Positions 28,586-37,351 of a stretch of DNA of 64,000 nt are shown piece after piece; the stretch's first letter is position 1, and each line of letters starts with the position of its first letter. The notes below the pieces were generated by a model. The model did no database searches and was not told where the DNA came from. It saw only the letters and a list, made by a program, of their open reading frames with translations. The position numbers and the translations under genes were made by a program. The stretch is from a virus (lineage: Duplodnaviria; Caudoviricetes), in IMG/VR virus record IMGVR_UViG_3300032317_000216, positions 32,001 through 96,000 of that record. One strand, given 5' to 3'.

Positions 28586-29142
28586 ACTTTAAAACATTTT
28601 TTCTTCTGGAGCAAGGACAGGAGGCAGTAGTTGTACTGCCTGGTGGATTTAAACCACCGCACAAAGGTCATTTTGAAGCATTAAAATATTTGCTCAAGTC
28701 AGGTGCAAAACAGGCAAAAGTTTTTATAGGTAAGAAAGAACGAGACGGTATCACACAAGAACAATCACTCAAGATATGGAATATTTATAAAAAATATATA
28801 CCTGCCAATGTAGAGGTTGTGGCAGTAACAGGTGTAGATAAAGCAGGAAGAGAAGCAACACCTCTGAGCATGACATATGATTTTATAGAAGATAACAAAA
28901 GCAATTTCTCAAAATTTATAGTTGGAGCAGGAGAGGAAGATTTGAAGAGATTCAAAGGACTAGAAGCAAACAAAGAGAAATATCCTAATACTACAGTAGT
29001 CTCCATACCGCCACAATTTGATCGTATATCAGGAACTGCAACACGCAAATCTATTCAAGACAAAGAAGAGAGTGCGCTTAATTTTGTACCAAATGAAGCA
29101 GAAAAGGATATTGATGCGATAAGAATGATATTAGGGCTCTAA
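28582..29142 (+). CDS. HxGH cytidylyltransferase-family nucleotidyltransferase (NMNAT/PPAT-like)
   Basis: PGGFKPPHKGH, GAGEED, ISGTATR; capsid-targeting-like start MNFKTFFLLE. Confidence 0.8.
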   Translation: MNFKTFFLLEQGQEAVVVLPGGFKPPHKGHFEALKYLLKSGAKQAKVFIGKKERDGITQEQSLKIWNIYKKYIPANVEVVAVTGVDKAGREATPLSMTYDFIEDNKSNFSKFIVGAGEEDLKRFKGLEANKEKYPNTTVVSIPPQFDRISGTATRKSIQDKEESALNFVPNEAEKDIDAIRMILGL

Positions 29143-29805
29143 TAGCTTAATTACTTCTGCGAAAACCTGTTGTTTTGTTTCTTTTGATTCTTTGCTCAGA
29201 ATGCCTTTGAGTGCGTTAATTAAATCATTTCCACCTTTGTTAAAAGCATTATAAAGATCCATCTCTGTCTCTTCATATAGGCCACCCATGCTCTGTACAC
29301 TTTTCTTAAAATCTTCAAAATCTTTGTATCCAAATACAGAGTTCAGATTATCATGTGCTTTGCTTATCTTATCTAAAACCCAGGCTTCAACTTTTTGATC
29401 ACAACCGCCTTTTACCATGAGACTGTAGATCATAGTAGAGAGCTTGAAGATGCGATATACAAGCTGTTTGGCCATATAGACCTCACTATCAGTATCTTCT
29501 ACTTCAGTTCCACAAGCACCACCACACTCTTCACAGTCTTCTGCATTTTCTTGATTGTCATTATGAGGATCCTCGTTACCTATAGGAGTAATTGTCGGGC
29601 CTTTGGGTGCTTGTGTACCAGGCTTGTTAATAGGTGTAGTAACTAAAACTTTTTGACCTTTCATAGGTAGTTTAACGCCTTGGATTTTATCGGGGCTCAA
29701 GCCAACACCAGGGGAATTATCGCCCTGAATGCCCATGGAGCCAGTAAATTCGTTTATCTTATTATTGTATGCTTCATTAAGCTGCTCAAAATCGCGTCTA
29801 AACAT
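29131..29805 (-). CDS. hypothetical late protein
   Basis: TAAATA 5 nt before the ATG; FEQLNEAY start; EVYMAK...EAWVLDKISKA helical domain. Confidence 0.6.
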   Translation of the reverse strand: MFRRDFEQLNEAYNNKINEFTGSMGIQGDNSPGVGLSPDKIQGVKLPMKGQKVLVTTPINKPGTQAPKGPTITPIGNEDPHNDNQENAEDCEECGGACGTEVEDTDSEVYMAKQLVYRIFKLSTMIYSLMVKGGCDQKVEAWVLDKISKAHDNLNSVFGYKDFEDFKKSVQSMGGLYEETEMDLYNAFNKGGNDLINALKGILSKESKETKQQVFAEVIKLLEP

Positions 29806-29810
29806 ATAAA

Positions 29811-29833
29811 TATTTATTAATTCTTACTAAATA
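29811..29833. promoter_or_regulatory. back-to-back late promoters (TAAATA on both strands), each 5 nt from its start codon
   Basis: TATTTA at 29811-29816 (minus) and TAAATA at 29828-29833 (plus). Confidence 0.7.
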
Positions 29834-29838
29834 ATATT

Positions 29839-30129
29839 ATGACATTATTTGAAAAAGCCTTTATGTCCGCCCTTGAAACAGATATAATACTAGAGAAAAA
29901 AGGGGCAAGATGCACAAAGGTTACGGGGCAGACGTCCTCTACAAGATCGGACAAGAAATACATGAGATGCACTCGAGTTGGAGGTAAGCTAAAAAGAGTG
30001 CATTATGGTGACCCTAACTTGCGCATAAAGAAGTCAAACCCTGCAAAAAGAAAAAGTTTTAGAGCAAGGCATAAGTGTTCAACTGCAAAGCCTGGCACAC
30101 CAAAATATTATTCCTGTAAAAACTGGTAA
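29839..30129 (+). CDS. small basic Cys-containing protein
   Basis: KKY...VHYGDP..IKK.NPAKRKSFRARHKC...YYSCKNW. Confidence 0.65.
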   Translation: MTLFEKAFMSALETDIILEKKGARCTKVTGQTSSTRSDKKYMRCTRVGGKLKRVHYGDPNLRIKKSNPAKRKSFRARHKCSTAKPGTPKYYSCKNW

Positions 30130-30536
30130 TGAAGACATTTAAAGATTATTACGATAAAAATATTCTGGGTGTGAGGGAAGTAGTAACTTTTATCGATTTT
30201 CCAGATCTGGGTGATGTAATGGCAAAAATTGATACAGGCAATGAAGCTTACAATGTACTGCATGGTGTAAAAATTAAAGATGATGGTGAGACTGTATCAT
30301 TCAGTACAGTTAATAATAGCAGGCTTACACTCAACAAGGCAGACAGCATTACAATACACATAGGAAGTGGTGTGAAGGAGGAGAGACCAGTAGTAAAGTT
30401 AAGCTTTAAATTGGGTGATGAGGTGTATCGTGATGTTCTTTTTAGCATAGCAGACAGAACAGAAAATGAAGAGCCTGTCTTAATTGGTGAACCCTTTCTG
30501 AAGCAAGCCAAATCAATTGTTGATTCAAATAAATAA
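30129..30536 (+). CDS. retropepsin-like aspartic protease (RimK-associated type)
   Basis: AKIDTG catalytic motif, EERPVV, DR, VLIG..FL. Confidence 0.8.
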   Translation: MKTFKDYYDKNILGVREVVTFIDFPDLGDVMAKIDTGNEAYNVLHGVKIKDDGETVSFSTVNNSRLTLNKADSITIHIGSGVKEERPVVKLSFKLGDEVYRDVLFSIADRTENEEPVLIGEPFLKQAKSIVDSNK

Positions 30537-30554
30537 ACCGCTGTTTTAAATATC

Positions 30555-31205
30555 TTATCTCTTCATGTTAGCAATAAAGTTATAAAATTCTGCTCTTACA
30601 GCAGCATCATCCATAAAATCACCGCCAAGCTTACTGGTCTTCATTTCACAACCATCATGCTTCACACCACGATGGCAAGCACATGTATGTGTTGCACTCA
30701 CAACAACAGCAACACCTCTATTCTTCTCACACACATCATTAATTGCACCATGAATCTGCATTGTGAGACCTTCTTGTATTTGTGGTCTGCGAGCATAAAA
30801 CTCAACAATCCTGTTGAGCTTGCTCAAGCCTATAACACGACCTTCAAGAGAAGGTATATAGGCAACATGCGCTACACCAGTGAAAGCAAGATGATGATGA
30901 CTGCACATGCTCTTGACAGGTATACCGCCCTGAAACACCATGCCATCATAACCGTTGCTAGGGAATGATGTAATCTTGGGTGGTTCTGTGTAACAACCAG
31001 CAGCTAGATCATTCACAAAAGCTTTTGCAACACGTCTAGGTGTGTTGGTACTGTTCGGATCATTGCGCCAATCAAAGCCAAGAGCATCCAGATACGCTTC
31101 ATAGGCTTTAGCAGCCTTTTCAATAATATCTTGTTTCTCCTCCTCTGTGTGTGGGTGGTTTCCGTTAGCAAATCTTAGTTTATATTCTTTGGAGTACTCT
31201 GACAT
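30555..31205 (-). CDS. folE: GTP cyclohydrolase I
   Basis: TPRRVAK, SMCSHHH, IGLSKLNR, RRPQIQE, HTCACHRG. Confidence 0.95.
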   Translation of the reverse strand: MSEYSKEYKLRFANGNHPHTEEEKQDIIEKAAKAYEAYLDALGFDWRNDPNSTNTPRRVAKAFVNDLAAGCYTEPPKITSFPSNGYDGMVFQGGIPVKSMCSHHHLAFTGVAHVAYIPSLEGRVIGLSKLNRIVEFYARRPQIQEGLTMQIHGAINDVCEKNRGVAVVVSATHTCACHRGVKHDGCEMKTSKLGGDFMDDAAVRAEFYNFIANMKR

Positions 31206-31212
31206 AGTGTTT

Positions 31213-31248
31213 ATTATATGTTAAGTATTACAGCGTTCAACATAAATA
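31213..31248. promoter_or_regulatory. folE promoter TTGAAC-N16-TATAAT (minus, 7 nt before ATG) and a divergent late TAAATA (31243-31248, plus, 5 nt before ATG 31254)
   Basis: Read directly from the sequence. Confidence 0.7.
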
Positions 31249-31253
31249 TTATT

Positions 31254-31688
31254 ATGGGTTTTCATAAGTTATTAAGTGAATCATTGAGGGTAACAAATCT
31301 CAAAAGAATAAGAATTAAAACAGATCCTTCTTGTGTAGCAAATACAGAAGATTTTACGAATGTGAAAGGATATGAAGGATATATTCTAAGAGAATGCATG
31401 GGTAAGTTGAGAGTTCTCGTGTTAGCACCTGACATGCCTATAATGGATATTCCACCAGAAATGCTTGAACATATAAATGATGAAAACAATACAGATATGC
31501 TTGTAGAATTTAAAGAGTATGCTAAAAAATACATGACAGCTGTAAAAAAGAAACAACTTGATGATCCTGTTTATAAAAACATAGACAACTCATCAGAATA
31601 TAAAGATGTGGAAGTGTTCTTGAGACAGAATGGATTAACAGAGCAGGAGCTTAATGATCTCTACAGAGGGTTTATTGAGCATGAATAA
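31254..31688 (+). CDS. hypothetical late protein
   Basis: Start taken as ATG 31254 (MGFHKLLSE), 5 nt after TAAATA. Confidence 0.6.
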   Translation: MGFHKLLSESLRVTNLKRIRIKTDPSCVANTEDFTNVKGYEGYILRECMGKLRVLVLAPDMPIMDIPPEMLEHINDENNTDMLVEFKEYAKKYMTAVKKKQLDDPVYKNIDNSSEYKDVEVFLRQNGLTEQELNDLYRGFIEHE

Positions 31689-32502
31689 TTTTGATCAATT
31701 GTACGAAATGTTAATGTCTGAGGCACCTATAAGTAGCTATATAGCAGCAGCAAAAGACTCTACAGGTTATGGTGCACCAGGATTTAAAACCAGTATGGCA
31801 AGCAAGCTTGTAAAAGGAGCAGGATCACTGGTAAGTAAAGCGGTAGGTGCAGTGGGTCAGGGTTTTGGTGTAAAAGGTAGAGCCATTCCTGGAACTGGTG
31901 CCTTACAGTCAGGCATTCAGAGTGCTGCAGGAGCAGCTGCTGGCGGTTTGCAGCAATTAGCTAATCTTAGTAAAGCAGCTGCAGCGCATGCACAAGACAT
32001 AGAGAAACAGAGAATGTATAGAGATAGAGATCCCAAGGCAGGTGAAAACATAGATGTAAATTTAGTAAAAAATGGCCAGCCTGTCTTTCCACGCGGAAAC
32101 TATAAGATAACAAATACACCAAAGCTGGGTCAAGAGCAATATGTGGATGTTGCAATGCCAAACAATAATTCTTTGAGAATGACTCTGCCCAAGCAAGGTG
32201 AATATTCAAATGTATATGTCTTTCAAGATGGTAAGCCTCTAAGGGATCCACAATATCTACAGCTTGGTGGTAACCTGTATTATTCCAATAATGAGAAAAA
32301 ATGGAAGTTCAGCTCAGAAGAGCGTTTACCTGCATATATGACAGTGCCTAAATCGCAGCTACCAGGTGCAAAGTATAGTCAAAATCAACCAGTCTCAATA
32401 AAGAATAAAGCAGGAAGAGTCATAAAAGGTATATATGGTGGTGAAACATCAGATCCCAAAGGCAATGTTATTGTTACAATACTAGATCCTGAATATAACT
32501 AA
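31681..32502 (+). CDS. hypothetical protein, Gly/Ala-rich N-half, possible internal head protein
   Basis: Start taken as ATG 31681 (MNNFDQLYEMLMSEAP). Confidence 0.6.
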   Translation: MNNFDQLYEMLMSEAPISSYIAAAKDSTGYGAPGFKTSMASKLVKGAGSLVSKAVGAVGQGFGVKGRAIPGTGALQSGIQSAAGAAAGGLQQLANLSKAAAAHAQDIEKQRMYRDRDPKAGENIDVNLVKNGQPVFPRGNYKITNTPKLGQEQYVDVAMPNNNSLRMTLPKQGEYSNVYVFQDGKPLRDPQYLQLGGNLYYSNNEKKWKFSSEERLPAYMTVPKSQLPGAKYSQNQPVSIKNKAGRVIKGIYGGETSDPKGNVIVTILDPEYN

Positions 32503-32541
32503 AACAACAACCGCCTATATTTTAAAGTTCAAAAATAACAG

Positions 32542-32641
32542 TTGATTTCTGAATTTTTTTGGTTATAATATCAATAGGTATAGAAAAGAATATCTATGCA
32601 ATTAAAAAGAGTGTTGATTTCTGCATTAGTTAGTTTATTAT
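32542..32641 (+). promoter_or_regulatory. tandem queD promoters TTGATT-N16-TATAAT (32542-32569) and TTGATT-N16-TATTAT (32614-32641)
   Basis: Both begin with the 11-nt repeat GTTGATTTCTG; the proximal one lies 6 nt before the ATG. Confidence 0.7.
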
Positions 32642-32647
32642 AATTTT

Positions 32648-33298
32648 ATGATATACGAGAGTACAAAAATTATTGAATTAGGTTCATGTGCATTTAGACA
32701 GTGGAGAGCTGATAGTCATTGCAAATTTATACATGGTTATAGATTAGTAGCTAAGTTCTGGTTTGCATGTGATAGATTGGATGATAAAAATTGGGTTGTA
32801 GATTTTGGTGGTCTTAAGAATTTAAAAGAAATACTTGAGAAGCAGTTTGATCATACACTATGCATTGCAGGTGACGACCCTCTGTTGGCGTCTTTTAAGG
32901 AATTACATAGAACAGGAGCAGCTGATTTGCGCATCATGGAGAAAGGCGTAGGCATTGAGCGTACAGCAGAGTATTGCTTTGATGTAGCTGATGCATATGT
33001 GAGGGGCATTACAAACAACAGATGTTGGGTTGAAAGGGTTGAAGTGTGGGAGCATGATAAAAATTCTGCCATAGTGTCATTTGCAAGTGAATTAATTGCA
33101 CCTGAAGCACCTGTTGCTGTGCCAAACATAGAGCAAATTACAGTTACAGGAGCAGGCATTAATATTGAAGTACCTACATCTGCAGGTGGTCAAGTTCAAG
33201 CAGTGCCCCTTAAGAGAGAGCTAAGAGCAGCTCCTGTGGGTAACAAAGTTACTTCAGGTCTGAGCAATCCTTTTGCTGGTACAAGCTGGGGCAACTAG
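32648..33298 (+). CDS. queD: 6-carboxytetrahydropterin synthase with C-terminal extension
   Basis: SHCKFIHGY, WVVDFG.LK, FDH, E..AE, VEVWEHDKNSA. Confidence 0.88.
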   Translation: MIYESTKIIELGSCAFRQWRADSHCKFIHGYRLVAKFWFACDRLDDKNWVVDFGGLKNLKEILEKQFDHTLCIAGDDPLLASFKELHRTGAADLRIMEKGVGIERTAEYCFDVADAYVRGITNNRCWVERVEVWEHDKNSAIVSFASELIAPEAPVAVPNIEQITVTGAGINIEVPTSAGGQVQAVPLKRELRAAPVGNKVTSGLSNPFAGTSWGN

Positions 33299-33501
33299 TG
33301 GATGTAAATAATCCTGAAGTAAGACAGCAGCTTTATGGTGGTGAAATAGCTGATTATTACCCCTCAAAAGATAAACAAGCATCACCTGAAAAAGACATGA
33401 AACAAATGGGTGATATATATCAACAAATTCTCAACAAGAACAATCCACTCAATCTGCCTGCAACCCTAAAGAACAAAATCTCAATACTCAAATCACTTTG
33501 A
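33298..33501 (+). CDS. hypothetical protein
   Basis: 67-aa ORF coupled to the queD stop (TAGTG). Confidence 0.5.
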   Translation: MDVNNPEVRQQLYGGEIADYYPSKDKQASPEKDMKQMGDIYQQILNKNNPLNLPATLKNKISILKSL

Positions 33502-34233
33502 TTTCATACCTGCTATAACCTTAACAATAAACTTTAGCAGCTTGCTTCTTGTAATATCTTCTTCTGTAAAATGAAAGGTATGTATGCCATTACTATTACT
33601 ATCTTCTGTATCAAATGCGCTCATTATTTTTTCAAATCCTGACTTCTGAATATCAGATTGCAGAGAATCACCTATAATAAATAACTTACAATTCTTACCA
33701 AATCGTGTTAATATGGTAACCAATTCACTGTGCTCTAAATTCTGTGCCTCATCAACTATTACTACATTGTTTGTAAATGTCGCACCTCTCAGGAAATTTA
33801 CAGGTATGCTTTTGAGATAATCACTTTGAAATAACATCTCTGTAATGTGTTTACCCACAAGTTCATCGCATTTCTCTATAAGCGGAATACTCCATGGTTT
33901 GAACTTGTCATCTACTTCACCTGGTAGGCTTCCTAACTTTCTTGTTGCCGACTCAACAATACTTCTAATATAAACTATTTCATCTATCTTCTTTTCTCTA
34001 AGCATAGACAAGGCAACATATACAGCCAGATATGTTTTTGATGAACCTGCAGGACCGTCACAGAACATGATTTGTGACTCATCATTCATAGCTTTCTCAA
34101 CAAAAGCTTTGTGATGCTCATTTAAATGAAACTTCTGATCAATCTTAAAATTAAGAAATATATCATTTCTTATAATACCATTCTCATCTTTAGCCTTGGC
34201 AGCTTTTTTAAGCTGTCTGTCTTTTTTTGACAT
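33493..34233 (-). CDS. phoH: PhoH-family ATPase
   Basis: GPAGSSKTYLA, LGSLPG, FLRGATF, IVDEAQN, LTRFG, GD..QSD; late TAAATA box upstream. Confidence 0.92.
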   Translation of the reverse strand: MSKKDRQLKKAAKAKDENGIIRNDIFLNFKIDQKFHLNEHHKAFVEKAMNDESQIMFCDGPAGSSKTYLAVYVALSMLREKKIDEIVYIRSIVESATRKLGSLPGEVDDKFKPWSIPLIEKCDELVGKHITEMLFQSDYLKSIPVNFLRGATFTNNVVIVDEAQNLEHSELVTILTRFGKNCKLFIIGDSLQSDIQKSGFEKIMSAFDTEDSNSNGIHTFHFTEEDITRSKLLKFIVKVIAGMKSK

Positions 34234-34246
34234 CTAATAATATTTA

Positions 34247-34274
34247 TTGATTTTTGCTATCTTTATAGCATAAT
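34247..34274 (+). promoter_or_regulatory. promoter TTGATT-N16-CATAAT, 6 nt before the queE ATG
   Basis: Read directly; abuts the divergent phoH late box (34241-34246). Confidence 0.65.
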
Positions 34275-34280
34275 AGTGCT

Positions 34281-35018
34281 ATGGAAAAGAGTATATTTCT
34301 ATCAGACGACAAGGTTTTTCACACTATTGAAGGTGAAGGAGAACACATTGGTAAGCCTTCACTGTTTATGCGTGTTGCAATGTGTAATCTCACATGCAAG
34401 GGGTTTGCTAGCAAAGATTCTCCACATGGGTGTGATAGTTTTGTCAGCTGGTCAGTGAAAAACAGGTTTACCTTTGACCAGTTATTTCAATACCTAGAAG
34501 ATCATAATTATATTACTCTGCTGCGCAGAGGTGATATATTTAAGATCACCGGCGGTGAGCCGCTCATACAGCAAAAAAATCTTCTGGAATTTATTGCAGC
34601 TTTTGCACTCAAGTACCGCTTCATACCAAGAATAGACTTTGAGACTAATGCAACCATTATACCCGACCCATCTTGGCAGCTTGACTACTTAGCTACATTC
34701 ACAACATCACCCAAGCTTGCAAGTAATGGTGACCCTGAGAACAAGCGATACATACCTGATGCATTAATGTGGCATGCACGCAATGGCTCAGGGTTTAAGT
34801 TCGTCATTACAAAAGAAGAAGACCTTAAGGAGATTGAAGAGCGTTACAGAGAGAAGTTTGATTTCAGGAGAAATAAAGTGTGGTTAATGCCTTGTTGTGG
34901 AAGCAGAGAGGAACATATTGTTATTGCTCCTCTTGTGGCTGAATTATGCAAGAAACATGGCTTTAACTTCAGTCCAAGATTGCAGCTTGTTATCTGGGAT
35001 AAAGCCTTGAAGGTTTAG
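34281..35018 (+). CDS. queE: 7-carboxy-7-deazaguanine synthase (radical SAM)
   Basis: TIEGEG..IG.PS.F.R, CNLTC-x11-CD, ITGGEPL, ETN, SPKL, KFV, PRLQ..IW. Confidence 0.92.
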   Translation: MEKSIFLSDDKVFHTIEGEGEHIGKPSLFMRVAMCNLTCKGFASKDSPHGCDSFVSWSVKNRFTFDQLFQYLEDHNYITLLRRGDIFKITGGEPLIQQKNLLEFIAAFALKYRFIPRIDFETNATIIPDPSWQLDYLATFTTSPKLASNGDPENKRYIPDALMWHARNGSGFKFVITKEEDLKEIEERYREKFDFRRNKVWLMPCCGSREEHIVIAPLVAELCKKHGFNFSPRLQLVIWDKALKV

Positions 35019-35039
35019 TATTACTTATTAATTAATGAT

Positions 35040-35774
35040 ATGAGAATTGCCATAGTAGGATCTGCTTGTCAGGGTAAGACAACTCTTGCAAATGATTTTA
35101 TCAAAAACTGGCCTGCTTACAAACGGTCCAAAGAAAGCTATAGACAATTAATTAAAAAAGACAAAATTAAGATTAACAAAAATGTAGATAGTGATGGTCA
35201 GTGGAAAATTCTTAATAGCTTGATTGATGATCTTCAGAACACAGAAAAAACTGATAAGCTTATTTTCGATAGATGCCCACTTGACAATTTAATATACTCC
35301 ATGTGGAGTTTTGATAAACAGAAATCTGATATAGATAAGGAATTCATCGACAAATGCATACCTCTTGTGTGTGAGAGTATGCGTCATTTGGATATTATAT
35401 TTTTTATTCCTATTACTAAGGTGGCTACCGTAAAGATAGAAGAAAGAGAATTAAGAGAAGTGGACAAATCATTCATTGAGGAGATTGATAACATATTCAA
35501 AGCAGTGCAGCGTTCCTATTATACAGGAAAATCACCCTTCTTTCCCAAGGATGATTCTCCTGCAATAATTGAAGTGTTTGGTTCACCAGAAGAGAGAATT
35601 AAAATGATAGAGCTGTATCTTAATAAAGATGGAGAACTACATGGCGAAGAAGAGAGTGTATTAAATCCTGAGAATCTGGATTACATGGAAACATTGCTTA
35701 AAGCACAGAAGCAAGCAAAAGAACAAGAAGAAGAAGAAGTAAGATTGAGAAAAAAATACCTTTTTAATAAATAA
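35040..35774 (+). CDS. P-loop nucleotide kinase-like protein (AAA_28/NadR-type)
   Basis: GSACQGKTT, FDRCPLD, then the IFFIP...R lid region. Confidence 0.7.
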   Translation: MRIAIVGSACQGKTTLANDFIKNWPAYKRSKESYRQLIKKDKIKINKNVDSDGQWKILNSLIDDLQNTEKTDKLIFDRCPLDNLIYSMWSFDKQKSDIDKEFIDKCIPLVCESMRHLDIIFFIPITKVATVKIEERELREVDKSFIEEIDNIFKAVQRSYYTGKSPFFPKDDSPAIIEVFGSPEERIKMIELYLNKDGELHGEEESVLNPENLDYMETLLKAQKQAKEQEEEEVRLRKKYLFNK

Positions 35775-35778
35775 TTAA

Positions 35779-35991
35779 GTGAACAAATTTAATGAGAAGT
35801 TTGAATCTCTTGCTGAGAGCTTCAAATCTATTAAACATGTAAAACGTGAGTTTTATCCTAAAAACTTTAACTTATCTGAAGACTTTGTCAATGCTTTTAG
35901 GAGAGAGTACAAGAGACTGATTGATGAAGGCATTGAGCCTAAAAAAGCATTAATAAAGCTTAATAAAGCTTTATTGTTTCATACTAGTTAA
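35779..35991 (+). CDS. small late hypothetical protein
   Basis: TAAATA 5 nt before the GTG; MNKFNEKFESLAE. Confidence 0.6.
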   Translation: MNKFNEKFESLAESFKSIKHVKREFYPKNFNLSEDFVNAFRREYKRLIDEGIEPKKALIKLNKALLFHTS

Positions 35992-36734
35992 TTATAAAAA
36001 AAGAGCAACCTTACTCCTACAAATGTACTTACAGTTCTTGAATTTACATCTGCAAGACGTACATTCACTAATATAAAATCATCACCATTGCCTGAACCAG
36101 GATTATAGGAAAAATTGCCCAAGGCAGGTGCAACACTTGAAGTTGCAAATCCATTCCGTGCAAAAGGTGTTAGTGTGAAGAAAGAGGCATAATTTACATT
36201 ATTTCCTATCAAGCTTCCTACGCTAAGTCCATTTGAAGCACGAGGAAATTGACCTATGTTAATAACCGAGGAATCTATTTGATCAGCTGTAATTTCTGCA
36301 ATACCATTATATTCATAAACTTTTTTATAATCCTGAGAGGAATTACCAGAAAGACTGTTGTATAAATTGCGCAATTCTATATATTCTGGTGAACCTATAA
36401 CATAATCAGATGATACAATAATACCATTTGTTGTTTGAAGTATGTTTTGATATGCATTACTTTTTGTAACACCTTGTTGATTATTTGAATATATCACACC
36501 AGCTCTAAGTACTCCTGTGCGCACATTACCATAAATTGCATTATTACCTGATATATCCCCCACTACCGTTGCATTGCCAGCTACATCTGTACGCACCACA
36601 TTAAAATTGTTAAACTGTATGGTTTGTGTGCCATTCTGTGTTTCAAGTATTAATAGATCTAAGTCTGAAGCTAGCTGTGCTTGTGGGAGATCCGCTATAT
36701 TCAAACCATTACTATTTGTAGGTGTTGTGGCCAT
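35988..36734 (-). CDS. putative virion structural / fibre-like protein
   Basis: TATAAATA late promoter; N-terminal IADLP..... DLLIL..T segment of the kind seen in tail-associated proteins; N/G/S/T-rich beta composition. Confidence 0.55.
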   Translation of the reverse strand: MATTPTNSNGLNIADLPQAQLASDLDLLILETQNGTQTIQFNNFNVVRTDVAGNATVVGDISGNNAIYGNVRTGVLRAGVIYSNNQQGVTKSNAYQNILQTTNGIIVSSDYVIGSPEYIELRNLYNSLSGNSSQDYKKVYEYNGIAEITADQIDSSVINIGQFPRASNGLSVGSLIGNNVNYASFFTLTPFARNGFATSSVAPALGNFSYNPGSGNGDDFILVNVRLADVNSRTVSTFVGVRLLFFYN

Positions 36735-36740
36735 CGATAT

Positions 36741-36778
36741 TATTTATACTTGAATATTGGAAATAATATGTATAAATA
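36741..36778. promoter_or_regulatory. divergent perfect TATAAATA late promoters driving the fibre-like gene (-) and the first gene of the glycosylation island (+)
   Basis: TATTTATA at 36741-36748 and TATAAATA at 36771-36778. Confidence 0.75.
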
Positions 36779-36783
36779 AAAAC

Positions 36784-37296
36784 ATGAAACATTTTTTAAT
36801 AGAAGAAGAAACACCTATCATACATTGGCCTGATATTAATATACAGTCTAAGCGAGTGCTTGATTTAGGCTGTGGCCGCTGGACAGCAAGTACTCTTGAA
36901 GGTACAACACCATATTATTTCTTAAATCGAGGTGCTGAATTTGTTGTAGGTATTGATGCATGTGATAAAGAGATACAATTTTATAAAGATTTGAATCTTC
37001 CTAATACTCTCTTCAAAGTATTGAAACTTGAAGACAAAAATACATTTCTTGAATTAATTAATACTCATAATATTAATGTAATAAAAAGTGACATAGAGGG
37101 CAATGAGTCTTTATTTCTCGACCTAAAAAAAGAAGATATGGTCAATATCGAGAGCTTTTATATTGAATATCACGGAGATCACATGAGAGACCTGTTAGTA
37201 GCTAAATTACCAGAACTTGGATTTAATGTTACGAGAGTGGGTAAAATGTGGATTGATGGATTTGGTGTTGTTTTTGCAGAAAAAAATCTATCGTAA
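36784..37296 (+). CDS. class I SAM methyltransferase (FkbM-like C-terminus)
   Basis: VLDLGCG, VGID, IKSDIEGNE, IEYH. Start ATG 36784. Confidence 0.75.
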   Translation: MKHFLIEEETPIIHWPDINIQSKRVLDLGCGRWTASTLEGTTPYYFLNRGAEFVVGIDACDKEIQFYKDLNLPNTLFKVLKLEDKNTFLELINTHNINVIKSDIEGNESLFLDLKKEDMVNIESFYIEYHGDHMRDLLVAKLPELGFNVTRVGKMWIDGFGVVFAEKNLS

Positions 37297-37315
37297 CTAC
37301 TTCTTTTTTAATTAA

Positions 37316-37343
37316 TTGCTATTAATATTTCATATGCTATAAT
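37316..37343 (+). promoter_or_regulatory. promoter TTGCTA-N16-TATAAT, 8 nt before the first glycosyltransferase
   Basis: Read directly from the sequence. Confidence 0.6.
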
Positions 37344-37351
37344 AAGCATAT

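Noticed and set aside
32570-32647. Possible preQ1 riboswitch upstream of queD
   Set aside because: A hairpin followed by an A-rich stretch is present, but the loop lacks the preQ1-I consensus and I see no pseudoknot complement; tandem promoters explain the region. An Rfam/Infernal scan would settle it.
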